A DNA stretch of 63,883 bases, the filler included, from Hausera hauseri (lineage: Eukaryota): the NCBI GenBank assembly GCA_046269625.1. It is 11 parts of 11 records of this genome, joined end to end, with 100 filler letters (N's around TTAATTAATTAA, not from the genome) between each part and the next. Parts side by side here need not be neighbours in the genome. Positions count along the whole stretch, not along the records: positions 43,710 to 48,416 come from JBJURY010467356.1; positions 48,517 to 53,644 come from JBJURY010326494.1; positions 53,745 to 57,756 come from JBJURY010821529.1; positions 57,857 to 63,883 come from JBJURY010151089.1; 7 more parts are not named here. The stretch is one strand, 5' to 3'. This document shows, piece by piece, positions 47,668-59,699 of the stretch. Both the position numbers and the translations under genes were made by a program. Within the stretch, counting starts at the first letter, position 1. The number at the start of each line of letters is the position of its first letter. The notes under the pieces are model-generated. The model worked only from the letters and a program-made list of their open reading frames with translations, did no database searches and was not told the DNA's origin.

Positions 47668-47760
47668 GCTCACTCCTGGAATCGAAACCGAAACACTGAT
47701 ACGGCGCCATCACCTAGTACCGACGGTAAGTCAAGCCATCTAACCACTACTCTAACTACT
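47668..47760 (-). repeat. tRNA-derived SINE head or tRNA pseudogene
   Basis: Box A-like TAGAGTAGTGG and box B-like GGTTTCGATTCC; no clean cloverleaf. Confidence 0.4.
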
Positions 47761-48338
47761 CACCCTCATTTTTCTTCCCCTTCTTATCTACTTGTTTCGG
47801 TCTATCGAGTGCCCTGTTCATACACATATTTGTTTTATTTATTTAATTTATACGTTAATGTGATCCTCCTAGAATTTTAAAAAGAGTCTCGGTACGTGGA
47901 AAAATGTGATTGAAAACATCTGATTCGAAATAACAACTAAAGTTTTACATTTTTGTTTCAACTGCAATGTCTAGAGTGGGCCTTCCTTTCGATATTATTT
48001 CTTTTTTTCTTCCTTCAAAACCGAAGGCTTCCTAAGATACGGTAACAGTCTGTCAGAATTCAGCACTGCGATACACCCAGTCACCATTCCAAGAAAGTTC
48101 TGCTGTGGCTGAGTGGGGACACAGGTGTATACTCACGTCCGAGGGTGACGCTCGGCCCCGCGCGCAGGTACCGGGATTTCTATAGTCCGTATTCATTTCA
48201 TTTTTTGTGCCGTGCGGAGAGTAACGAGTGACTGGGCCGAATGGCCAACTCAGCTGTCATATCAGATTCAGACGGTCAGCCTATGGATCGGGCGAATAGA
48301 GGGCCTACTATCAATATTCTGAGGTGGCGCGGATTGTG

Positions 48339-48416
<78 letters not shown>

Positions 48417-48739
48417 NNNNNNNNNNNNNNNNNNNNNNNNNNNNNNNNNNNNNNNNNNNNTTAATTAATTAANNNNNNNNNNNNNNNNNNNNNNNNNNNN
48501 NNNNNNNNNNNNNNNNAATTCGGCTGATATTTACAATGCTGATTAAATTTGCGAATTATCTAATTATGTCCAACAACTAAATTCGAAATACCTAATTATG
48601 TACAATCACTAATTTTCATAGTCAGCTTGTCAATTTAGTCATTCTAGAACAATTCTCCTTCCTGAACGGCATCCTCGGATGTGCCTATTGAGTCAGGAGA
48701 GGTGCCGCTACGACGGGTACTTCGTAATAATTCCATTCG

Positions 48740-49087
48740 TTATCTTATTCTGGGTCCAGAACTGGTACTAGGCTGTTCTCTGGGATTCGGCTCCAATTCA
48801 TAACTATGGTAGGGTTTAATTCTAACTATTCGGGTATAGCTACCGTTCGAATAGTACTTTAGATCAGCAGCTTCGGCTCGACAAACTGGACATGTGGTCT
48901 TCCCATTATCCAGCGTCCATTTCTCTAAACAGTCTCTACAATACTTATGTCGACAATCGGAGTTATTTAGCACCACGTATCCTTGTTTCAGGTTCGCCTC
49001 GCACACCGGGCATTCGTCTTCTTCTCTTGACAACTTCTCGTCGTTTAGATCTACTCTCAACAGAATTTCAATAGGCTCTACTATCAA
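48740..49087 (-). CDS. C3HC4 RING finger, probably the C-terminus of the accessory ORF
   Basis: CPVC-x13-CRHKYCRDC-x11-CPVC. Confidence 0.88.
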   Translation of the reverse strand: MIVEPIEILLRVDLNDEKLSREEDECPVCEANLKQGYVVLNNSDCRHKYCRDCLEKWTLDNGKTTCPVCRAEAADLKYYSNGSYTRIVRIKPYHSYELEPNPREQPSTSSGPRIR

Positions 49088-49628
49088 CCCTTCTTCATCT
49101 TGGTATAAATAAGCGTATATTCTTTTTTGTTTCGGGTTTATTGAACTTTTCTTAGGGTCGCATCCAACAGTTATTAGGGTCTAATCGCTGATAGTATTTC
49201 GATCTAAATGGGGAACTTCACCAGTCGATCGGTATTTCTGATATTGTTTCTTTAAGAGCAGCTTAACCGATTTATGCACAGGAACTAATATTTTACCACT
49301 TCGTTTGGATTGAAATATTGGTGCAATATACTTTCCGATTTTGGGATTTTCCCAGACATACGTGTTTTCGTAAACTTGTCTAGAAGGCAATAGTTTGACA
49401 AAAATATCGCTTATTTAATCTTCTGTTTGCTATAGTACTTGGTGGCTACTAACATCTAGGGATAATCTACGGTTGTAGCATAATGAATATTTTCTGTGGA
49501 TGTCTTCTTCCGCAAGACATTTATTTCGGTAATTTGTTCTTCTTGTTTTCTTTTTGCTTTTACTGCGGGTTTCTCTATGCGGGGCTGTATCTTTGGCCTT
49601 GTGGGTTTTGCGGTTAATCGTTCCGGTT

Positions 49629-51209
49629 TCAGGTCCTTTTGCCCGTTTTGGGTTCCTCTTTTGGTCCCATTTCGCCTTCCTTACTCTTTTTCTTGAACAA
49701 ATAATCGAAAAAGGAAATCTTCCTTTTTGTTGTTTTGTTGCTTTCAATCTCTAACTTTCTTTTTTCCTCTTCTATGTATTTTCGAGATATTTCTGGTATC
49801 TTGAATGGACTGTTGTTTGCTGTGGCACCATAACTGGTACTGGGTCTTTCATTGATACGTGCTTTATTTTCTGTCTCCTCCGTATTTAATCCCCGTATGG
49901 TTATTTGGTAATTCCGGTCTGGTTTAATTTCGACATTCCTGGATTGAGAATAAGGGCGAAAATGTCTACAATATGGTATACTGAGTCCCTCAATTTTTGG
50001 GAAGTCTCGTAAATTTTGTCTGGAGTTTGTGGGAGTCCATTCGTGGTACCACCTTAATCCAGCATTTATATCTTTCAGATATTGTGATCTCTGACTTGCG
50101 GATAGTATTCTACTTATTTTCACATTTTCCCCGGTCATGGCTTCTACCATTAATTTGAAACGGCCTTCCATAGTCAGTGGTATGTGGCTCTTTTTTTCTT
50201 CCACCTTATTTTCCACTTGTCTCATAATAGTCGAGTGGGTTTCTATTTTTCTTACTCCAGCTAGATATGTCATCGGTATGGCCAATTTCCTCATTATCCT
50301 CTCTATTTGATACCCCACTAAGATGTATCCATAGAGGCATTGCGTTACTTCTTTTTGTACTAATTTGAAATCCTTTGCATGATTCAGATGTTCCCTTTTA
50401 ATTCTGGTAATTTCTGCATGCGTTTCAAACACTTTTCATCTTGGGTTGATGATTTTTGAATAGACCTCAGTCCCATTTTCTTCTTGGATGGACATCTCGA
50501 TGTCAATGTAATTTCCTTCTTCTCCTTCTCCGTAATTTATCGCGACAACTCTTAGATTTCTCTCGTCGGCTACTAATATATAGGACTGTAAGTGGGTGCT
50601 CTGTTCTTCTTTTGTAGGTCTTTGTCTAAATTCTACAGGTGGTAGCGGTATATGTATTTCTTCTTTTTCTGTTGTTTCTATCATCATTTTTACTGGTAAG
50701 GCAGCTACGAGAAATTCTAATTTGTGGTTTTTGAGGCTCCTGCTGTTGAACACGAAGGTATTAAACCGACCTTGTCTTCCTTGAAAAGAATCCCATTTCT
50801 GATCCTTCAGCCGATAATATATTTCCCCGTCTGCCATATGCACATATATCTTCTGTTCCTTCTCTGGTTGGTATTGAGCGATTGGTTTGAAGGGGTATGC
50901 CCTAGCGTCTCCATCTTCTCTCCAGGCATACAGATACACTGCCTTGGCTTCCTCGGTTGTTCCTTTTAGTCCATTGGGTATTTTTCCGACCTTTCCATAT
51001 TGCAAAAAACTTTTTCCTTGGAGTTCTGTGTTTATTTGTCTGTAGACGGCCTTTGAATTTGGTATCCGCAATGTTACGTAGTTCTGTAAAAATTCGTCGA
51101 TATTAAGTCGACGGGTCATTTCCTTCGTGTCAATCCTAAGTCGGCTCGGAACTTCCTTGGCGTCGACGCTAATTCGGCTTGGTTGCATCTGGGTCTGAGT
51201 ACTTATCAA
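49629..51209 (-). pseudogene. Accessory ORF of copy D: unknown domain plus REX4/ISG20-like exonuclease fold
   Basis: ORFs 50436-51209 and 49629-50432 are in frame across one stop; HLNHAKDFKLVQKEVTQCLYGYILVGY. Confidence 0.72.
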
Positions 51210-51366
51210 TCTGAATAAAAGAACATAAAGGTTAATCTTAAAACAAAGGATGGTTTTAAACCAAAACCAATTCTTCGTTTGATGACAGAATAACCTGATC
51301 TGTAATTGTCAGGTTATTTTATCATATGGGTCTACAGGGTTCTCCATTTCCCTTAGTTCCCATTCT

Positions 51367-52945
51367 AAATTTTTATGACTCTTAGAATAACAATTTTGGC
51401 GACTAGTCGAAAAATCGCAATTACTATAATGAGAACAAACGTTGACAGTATAGAAATGGATACGATTGGTAGCGTAGATAATACCATTGGGACTTGCGTG
51501 GTGACCGAAATTGTGATTTACTCATCTATGTCTTTATATGTATGGGATTCTGCGCGAATCTCATCTAAAGTTTGTAATGTAACAGTCTGATTTTGTTTGT
51601 TTTCGGCACACACTTGTACTATATACTTGGTCTGTGGTTTTAATAGATTGCACTCTGTTTGGTAAGTACCTTTAAATGGCGTCACCACTTGCTCATTATA
51701 CGTTGTCCGACAATTTATGTATATATCGTAATTTTGTTTTCCTTCCACGAAAAACACGATCTTAGACCGATATGCCGAATGTTTAATAGGAATACTTCCT
51801 AATTCTCTTTTCGGCACATTGGCCGATGTAACGGCTAACGTAATGGTATTAATTTTAGTAGCTGGCCTTTTAGTGGTTGTCTCTAGCGAAGTTTTCCTAA
51901 TTCTGTTTTCCGGATAGTAAGTTCTCAATTGTATACTAGGTCTATTCGGCCGTACTTCGTATAAATCGAATCTTATTTTGAATTCTTGGTTTGCGGGTAT
52001 TTTGCAGCATGGTTTTTGCATGCCTGCTTGAATAGAACAATATTCTATTTTCGGGGTTGGTCCGTCTGTGGCTTCAAATGTGATACTAATTTCCTGATTG
52101 AAAGTCAATCCTATTTTAGCGTCCACCTGAATGCATCGTTTGTCCTTATTCACAGAGATTCTCTGGATATTTTCGTCTAATATCCTTATGTCTGGGTCAG
52201 TAGACCGTAATATTTTATTCAGTTTTACTCCATGATGTCTGTTCCATGCAGGAATGACTAATTGAGAATGTGGTTTCGCTTCAACGTAAACTTCAGTTGA
52301 GTCTGGCAAGTATAGACGGTAAGTGATGTTATAAGTGTGTCCAAAGTCTATATTGCAACACGGCATGTTTTCTCCAGGCTCGAAATCGCAATTTTTCGTT
52401 CCTCTTGTGGCTGTGTCAAGTAAGACAATTTGAAATCTACCGAAATCGTGATGCGGTTTCCAAGCTTTAAATCCAACGCATACTGCGTTTGGCGAGTAAT
52501 AGTGAATTGTCATCGATTGTAATAATTTAGTATCTTCTTGTTTTTGAATTTCTGCAGCTGTTGGCTTCTTTTCCGTCTTGGTAGTTTCCGATTTCGATCC
52601 ACTCTTTCGAATTCCGTATATGTCTCCTAACGATGATTCATCGTGCCACCATTGGGTTTGTGTTCTTGGGAGGTAGGAGGCAATCAACGATAATGCTAAG
52701 ACTATCTGAACATATGATATTGGTCTAGTAACTATCGACAAAGATTTTATCTCACGTTGGCGTAGATTATAACATTTACTGGGTCGTATTTCTGTCTTGA
52801 CAACCCTTTGTACTGACAAAACTTCTTCTTTTCCATTCTTCTTGATATACACTGTAGTTGGCGTGACCTTTGTAACTTCGTACGGTCCTCTACCCGTACG
52901 AGTCAATTTTAGTGAGGTGTCTTTCTTAGCGACTGGGTAATGCAC
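51367..52945 (-). CDS. Integrase C-terminus fused to signal + three FN3-like domains + TM (one stop at 51518)
   Basis: Open from RGPYEV through ISYVQIVLALSLIASYL to LKPQTKYIVQVCAEN; in-frame LPIVSISILSTFVLIIVIAIF after the stop. Confidence 0.82.
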
Positions 52946-54259
52946 ATAAACCCAATTTCTTTGTTCTATATCATGCGGTTTCGCTCTCTTATCATATTGC
53001 TTCTTGAACTGTTCTTGCTATTCTCGAGATAGTTCCTTAGCGATTTCCCAACACTTTTGTAATCGCGTTTGTAACACTTCTGCGAAATTCTGTTCTAAAT
53101 CTTCGGAATTAATTGCGTATGGCGTCATTCCTAAGTCCGTGGGCAACACGGCTTCACGTCTATACATCATGAAAAATGGTGTGAATCCTATCGCTGGATG
53201 TGGTGTGGTATTGGTGGCGAATTGAGTTCCTTCTAAGAATCCATCCCAATTTTTTTGATCTTTTGCAACTACTGTTGATAATATACGTATGGCGGTAGCA
53301 TTCATCTGTTCGACCATTCCATTACATTGAGGATGATATGCAGTAGTTGTTAATCTCTCGATTTCAAATAGTTTGGTGATTTTCTCAAATAATTCACTGG
53401 TAAAATTTCTTCCTCGATCCGTGAGAATCTAATCTGGGGGTTCATATCGACAAATAATTCTCCTTACAACGGCTTCTGCCAAGGTTTCGGTCTTTTGATC
53501 TATCAATGCTATCAATTCGACAAAATGAGTTAAGCGATCAATGCATGTTAAGATATACTTATTGGTTTTATGAGTCGTAGGAAGAGGTCCTACGATATCC
53601 ATCGACATGGCCTGCATGGGCCTATCGGGCACGTCAATTGGTTTNNNNNNNNNNNNNNNNNNNNNNNNNNNNNNNNNNNNNNNNNNNNTTAATTAATTAA
53701 NNNNNNNNNNNNNNNNNNNNNNNNNNNNNNNNNNNNNNNNNNNNCAGGTCTCAAGTCCATCAGAGACACAGACAAAGAGACAAACAACCATCACACTCCT
53801 AGTCACACCTAGTGCCACACAGAACAGCTCCAAAAGAGAACTGAGAACCCTGGATTCAGATCCATCTGCTGCTGCACACAGAGTTCTGATCACTTATCAA
53901 TAATAATAATTTATCATAGTAAATTATTATTGATAATTATCATGAAGAGTCATTAACATTAAGATGTAAGCACGCAGTCAAATATTCACATATATGTAAG
54001 TTCATTACTATTATAATTAAATTCGTGGATTATTTCCCGTTAATTGTTTTTATTCACCAAAAAACGAAATGAATTAATTCTATTTTCTATATTTTAGGAA
54101 AATGACAATTATTTTGAGTAATTCATATTAAAAAATAAACACGAAAAAGTTATATTTCTATAATTAAGGGTGTTGCAATCAAGGTTACAATTTGTATTTT
54201 GAACCTCGTAATTCGAAAGATTTTTTTAAGTTGCACAAGTTACCAACAAAATAAGTAGC

Positions 54260-54388
54260 TGTATTACCAGGGTTATGGGCCGGCCCCTCAAATTAAAATT
54301 TTTCATTCGCTCGACCTCACAACCACCGCCCGCTCCTGAAAATCTGTTTAGAAAATTTGAAAAACCGACCCATAACCCTGGTAATACA
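54260..54388. mobile_element. 129-bp MITE-like element with perfect 20-bp TIRs
   Basis: TGTATTACCAGGGTTATGGG (54260-54279) and CCCATAACCCTGGTAATACA (54369-54388); AAGTAG on both flanks. Confidence 0.75.
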
Positions 54389-54389
54389 A

Positions 54390-54960
54390 AGTAGGTAGAA
54401 GTGTGGGCTCCACCCCACTTTCCTAAAAGAGCTCAGATCGAACTCGGACCTAGTTTTCCCACCTATTTCGCAATTCTGAGTATTTCATGTCTCAAGGTCG
54501 GAGACCCTCCCCAGGGAAAGAAGAAGGTCGAGCAATGGACTTTGAACCGAGACCAATCGATCGAGCCGAACAAGGCAAACAAAAGTTAACAGCACCGCAA
54601 AGCGGGAAAATGTAACCCGGCGGCACAGGAGGCGGAAGACGAAAAACGAGCAATGTGCAACTGGCAAAGCAACACATGTGGCTGGTATACCGAAATTTTG
54701 TACAGAAGCAAAATTGATGTTGGCAAGTCGAATGGGCACGGTTTCGTCGTCGTTCGACCAAGGGAACATGGGTAAAACCGGTTGGGAAAATTTCCGTCGG
54801 GGAAAATTTCCCCATGTTTAAGTCTGACGGTAATGGAAATGAGTATCATACATTGCCCATAAGTTGGGGAAATTTTCATATTATAACCGCCTCACGATCA
54901 GACCAATGAATCCGGGTGAAAAACGGACACATTTTGTAAAAAACGTCAAAATCGTCATTT
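54390..54960 (+). repeat. Homolog of 1400-1985; candidate solo Polinton terminus beginning AGTAGGTAG
   Basis: Colinear similarity to the reverse complement of contig 1; an AG-start is typical of Polinton ends (inference). Confidence 0.5.
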
Positions 54961-55099
54961 TCGTTTTGTGTTTTTTGTAAATGTGTTCGTTTTGTTGTTT
55001 TGACCGTTTTGAAAACGTTATAAAAAGATATTGGAGAACGGTATCAACAAATTAATTTTTTTAAATACCTCTAACAAAATTAAAAACGTAATTTATAAC

Positions 55100-55920
55100 A
55101 AATGTTCGAAGTTTCCTCCCTTGGCTTTCACACAGACCTTCAAACGTGGAGTCATCGATTCGACCGTGTCACGCAGATATGTCTTATCAAGTTTGTCTCA
55201 AGCCTTGATGAGTTATTTCCAAAGATCATTCAAATGATAGATTTTCTTGCCCTTCAGACTCTCTTCCATGTATCCCCAGACTGAAAAGTCCAAAGGGTTG
55301 GGGTCTGGTAAGTTGCTTGGCCATTCTTCCTTGGTCAGATGGTCTGGAATTTGGGCTTGCATCCGTATCATTGATTTTGCTCCATGTGCTGGAGCCCAGT
55401 CTTGTTGAAAGATCATTTGGGTTTTTTTGTTTCTATGGGACGACCACTTTCTTTAGGATCGGATCTTGCTAGATTTGTGCATTAATTTTCACTGATTTAT
55501 CTATGAACATCAGTTGAGTCTTCGATGTGGAGGTGATACTGGCCCATACCATAAATCCTTTCGGAGAAAGTGTCCTTGTTCGAAATTTTCGCTTAACTGT
55601 GTTTTTCAGACTTGCTGACACCAGTTGCCGATGATTTTGAGGATTGAGAGCAACCTGCACAGTAAGATCTATTCATCATTCCATATCACATTCTCAACGC
55701 GAGGCGTTTTAAACTTTTCGAGTCACTTCTTTCACTTAGCAACCCGACCTTGCTTCGAAACATCCGAAGGGAATTGTCCGACCACCAGAAAGGTGACGTT
55801 TCTTGTCAGTAATGCAACTCTCTTGGAAAACCGATCATTGTCCACGGTCCCGACGGTGGTCGCTATAGCGAGGTTCAACTTACTTTGTTTTGAATTGTAC
55901 AATTTGTTCTACGAACAAGA
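55100..55920 (-). pseudogene. Tc1/mariner-superfamily transposase remnant, maT (DD37D)-like
   Basis: FMVWASI..KINA, FQQDWAPAH, WPSNLPDPNPLDFSVWG; D-36-D spacing in this copy. Confidence 0.85.
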
Positions 55921-56227
55921 ATCACCAACGTATTAAAATATATAGTTTGTACTATAATTCGATTTAGCAAATTTTTTCGTGTTACACAATACCTTTTGTT
56001 AGACGTGCAACACAGTCACTTTATTTTTACTCAAAAAGACAAATAAAGGATGCCGTCTTCAAAATAAAATGCGTCCCCGTAAGACTTACCCAAGGAGATC
56101 TTAGAAGAAAATAAGGAAATTTGTGAATATTGATCACCGATATTTCGATGAAAGCGTGGACTGTGCCAGTAGATGATAAGACCCTAAAAATTATCAAACA
56201 AAAGTATAAGGAGCTAAAAGATATAGA

Positions 56228-56630
56228 ATGGACATAAGGAACATCCTAAAATTAAAATCAAATCCTAGGAAAAGTATTGTAAGACACGAAGAACTGCAAG
56301 GATTTTTGTATTCAAATGAAAATGAACTCATAATGGAAACAATTTGCATCGTACCGGATAGTTCAAAAGAACAACCAGTCGCTCTCATCAGAGTAGAAAA
56401 ACAAGAATTAAAAGATCAAAAAAGAGGGAAGTGTTAAGTTTGCGGCGCGGAACTTAAACAAGGCTTCGTAAAATATGATGTGTGTTGACACAAGTTTTGT
56501 CGAATGTGTACAGAAGAATGGTCAATAAAACACAAGAAAATGAATCGTCCTTATTGTAGGCAAGCAGAAAAATTACCCTACTTCAACGGAGAGAAGAACA
56601 GGACTGTTATACTTCGACAATGTAAGTAAA
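56228..56630 (+). pseudogene. Decayed RING-finger ORF homologous to the retroelement RING
   Basis: LIRVEKQEL..KC*VCGAELKQGFVKYDVC*HKFCRMCTEEW..PYCR versus LLRVDLNDEKL..CPVCEANLKQGYV..CRHKYCRDCLEKW..CPVCR. Confidence 0.7.
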
Positions 56631-59600
56631 GAGAAGCCCCGGATGGCATACCAGCGGACCATTGGGAAACGCTTAAGGAGGAGGGATGTTAGACATGCCA
56701 CACAGTGAGTTTGATATAGATAAATCTATAAACCAAAATCTCTTTTTGACAAATTATCTCACATATACGAAATAGAACACATGGAATGCAATTTGAATTT
56801 ATCAACTAAATGCATCTTTCATTCATTATGTTGGGAAAATCTAACCGCCGACGTGCTGATTAGAATTTTCCTTTTATTCTTATTGTCTGGCCATTGAATA
56901 GCAGATTCATTAATTATATGATATTTTCTGTGTGATCGTGTGATTAACCATATGATAATTGATATTCATTGTGACTTTTTTTAATTATTGCGAGGTATAT
57001 ATACCCGCAAGAAAAGAAAAATAAAGTTAGTTAGTGTTCGTGTTGAACCGGATCAAATATTACTATTCGCGTTGAATCAAATATTGGTATTTGTGGGGAA
57101 TCAAGAATCAATTTGTGGTAAATTTCCTATGCCATCCTGAATCACCTCACTCTTCCTATCGCATATTCCTACTGCTATCTGCTAATCATTCTAATAAGTT
57201 AACATCTGTTCTTCTAGCTCAGATAACAAGACAATGAAGATACAACGAACTAGGAGGGCTTCATATGGAAGGGAAAGAAGAGAGAGCCTGTATCAAAATA
57301 ATGACATTTTAGAAGGCAAGTGTCAATGTAGTTTAATTTAGCATTGCATGCGTAATGAACACCTTGAGACAGTTACCTACCAGTCGCTAGTCATCTATGG
57401 ATTTCCTACCAGTTGTCTAGCTTGGAAAAGTGAGAACGTTTTTATATAATGCGAATGAAGACGTATGGAAGAAGGAGGGAAAAACTACGGTAAGACAATG
57501 GAATGATAGAATGAAAAAAAAATATAAATAAAATGAAAACGTGCAGTCTTAATTCAGTCTTTTTTTTTAAACTTTCTTTAAAATTTAAACATACGCTTTG
57601 TAACAAAAGAACGCAGAAGAAAAACGGTCTTGTTTTCAGAAAAGTGATTCTAAGACAGTTTGTGCCATCCTTGTCAGTTTCAAACCATTTTTAAGCCTGG
57701 AAGATTACGGAGTTAATAATCTAATGAGGAAATACAAAAACGTGTTGAAACATTTCNNNNNNNNNNNNNNNNNNNNNNNNNNNNNNNNNNNNNNNNNNNN
57801 TTAATTAATTAANNNNNNNNNNNNNNNNNNNNNNNNNNNNNNNNNNNNNNNNNNNNGAAGTCTCTTGAAGCGTGGTTCGCCATGTTAGTAGATCGCGTTT
57901 CTACCAATCCGACCTCAACGTCACTCGATGATTGTAAGATTGAATTATGCATAAGAAATTTATCATAAAAGTTTGTACAACAATTATCTCCATTCATTAA
58001 ATAAGCCTTATTTTCATCCCTTTTTTGAATTTCCTGACTATATTGGCTATTTATCGAATTAACTTTGAATTGAATTTGAACATTAATAGTCGTTTAAATT
58101 CCTCCTCACAACCAGAATTAGTTTCCACTGCATTTAGGGTCCTCTCGTTTTCCGTCAGTCGTTGTTCGTTAATTCGATCTTGTCCGCTCATAGTAGATTT
58201 ATAACAATTGGCGATTATGTTTTCGATGAATTACATGACTGGTGGCTTCTGGTAACTTTTGTTTATTGCTGTCTTCTGAGTTTTAATATTCGTTATATGT
58301 ATCTTACCTGCGAATTTGTCAGGAATCAAACGTAATGCTTCAAGTAATATGGCTGGATATGGCGAATCAAATATTGGCTTGATAAAACCGAATTACTTGT
58401 GTCAATTGTTAATAATTTCGTGAATAATATTGTCGTCTGGCTATCGTAGAATTATTGTTACAGAAATTTTGATTAGGATTTATGTTGATGGTTTTGTGTC
58501 GGTTTGTTTATTGACAAATTAGATGTTGAAGTTGTGAAGAATCGATGATAATTTTTGTTGTCGAAAATGAAAAATTATCGTTGTTTCTCGTTATAGGCAG
58601 TTTATATACTGCTTGGTGTGCATGGGAGATTTGGAAATTCCGAATTTTGCCATTGGACGGAATTTTGTATATATGGCGGTCATATGACATTCGAAGTTGT
58701 ATGACTCATATTTGTCAAGGATTTCAAATTATAAATTAATTTTATATATAATGGATTTTATTTCATTTCGTTTTTACTGTATTTTTAACTTCCAATTTTT
58801 TAAACTGGGATTACGCACTATCTCGTGAAAAAGATGTATCAAATGAAAATACATTTCCAACCATTCTTAAAACTTGTTGCTGTATTTGACAAGGCTGTAT
58901 CGGTGCTTATACATTACACACTTTAGTATTTTAATGTTTTAATGTTTCATTTGGGATGTAAGTTATTTTAGTTATTGATTTAGTTAATTAGTTACTTTGC
59001 CCCCTTTGGTTACAACAATATATACATAACGCAGGAATGGAGACACCCTTCAAGGGGTTTAACACAGTAAAAACAGACATTTATATATACAAGAGATTAT
59101 TTGTAGCACAATATGTACGATAATCACAGTCAAATAATTGCACTGAAAATTTGGATTACGAAATTATTTTTTAATTGTTTGTTTTTTTGAATCACAATTT
59201 AATCTTTCTAACTGTTCGAATTGAATTGCAGATTTCTGAATTCGGATGAGCTATGGTTTTCAATTTCGAATAAGTTGGATTTGGGATATCAATTTTTATT
59301 TTGGGTTGAATTGATTGATTTGTATTTTGAGTTAAATCCATTAAGGACCCTAATATTAGGGTCCCTTAGTTAAATTGAACCCTAAGAACCGAAAAACCAT
59401 CACCATTTATGAAATCAGAATCAAAATTTAACCATAATATGAAAAAACTATTCAATCCGAATGCAGATAATTCTAACCGAATCGAAAATGAAAAATGTGG
59501 AAAAACAACGTTATTGATAATAACCTATTAATGATTCGTATTTAGGATTCGAAACATTAACAATAACATCTTCGTAATTCGAAATTATGCAGTGCAGATA

Positions 59601-59699
59601 ATTGATGAATATCTCCATTTCTGTAAATGTACATATTTGTTAACCAAGGCAGCAAAGCAACCAATTAATCAGATCACAATTAAATAACTAATATTTGAG

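Larger units (their letters stand above)
48517..53644 (-). mobile_element. Envelope-bearing Ty3/Gypsy-like retroelement, copy D (IN to RING)
   Basis: IN, 475-aa IN-tail/signal/FN3 ORF, TM, hairpin, accessory exonuclease-like ORF and RING; closely similar to copy C. Confidence 0.92.

Noticed and set aside
48517-48740. 3' LTR/PPT of the retroelement
   Set aside because: No clear polypurine tract followed by TG and no second copy to compare; the element ends are not in the window.
30672-53225. Many short plus-strand ORFs over the retroelement copies
   Set aside because: Antisense shadows of minus-strand coding sequence, without motifs or independent conservation.
57857-58720. Possible minus-strand multi-exon gene
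   Set aside because: Coding-like fragments are present, but I could not build a consistent exon chain or assign a family.
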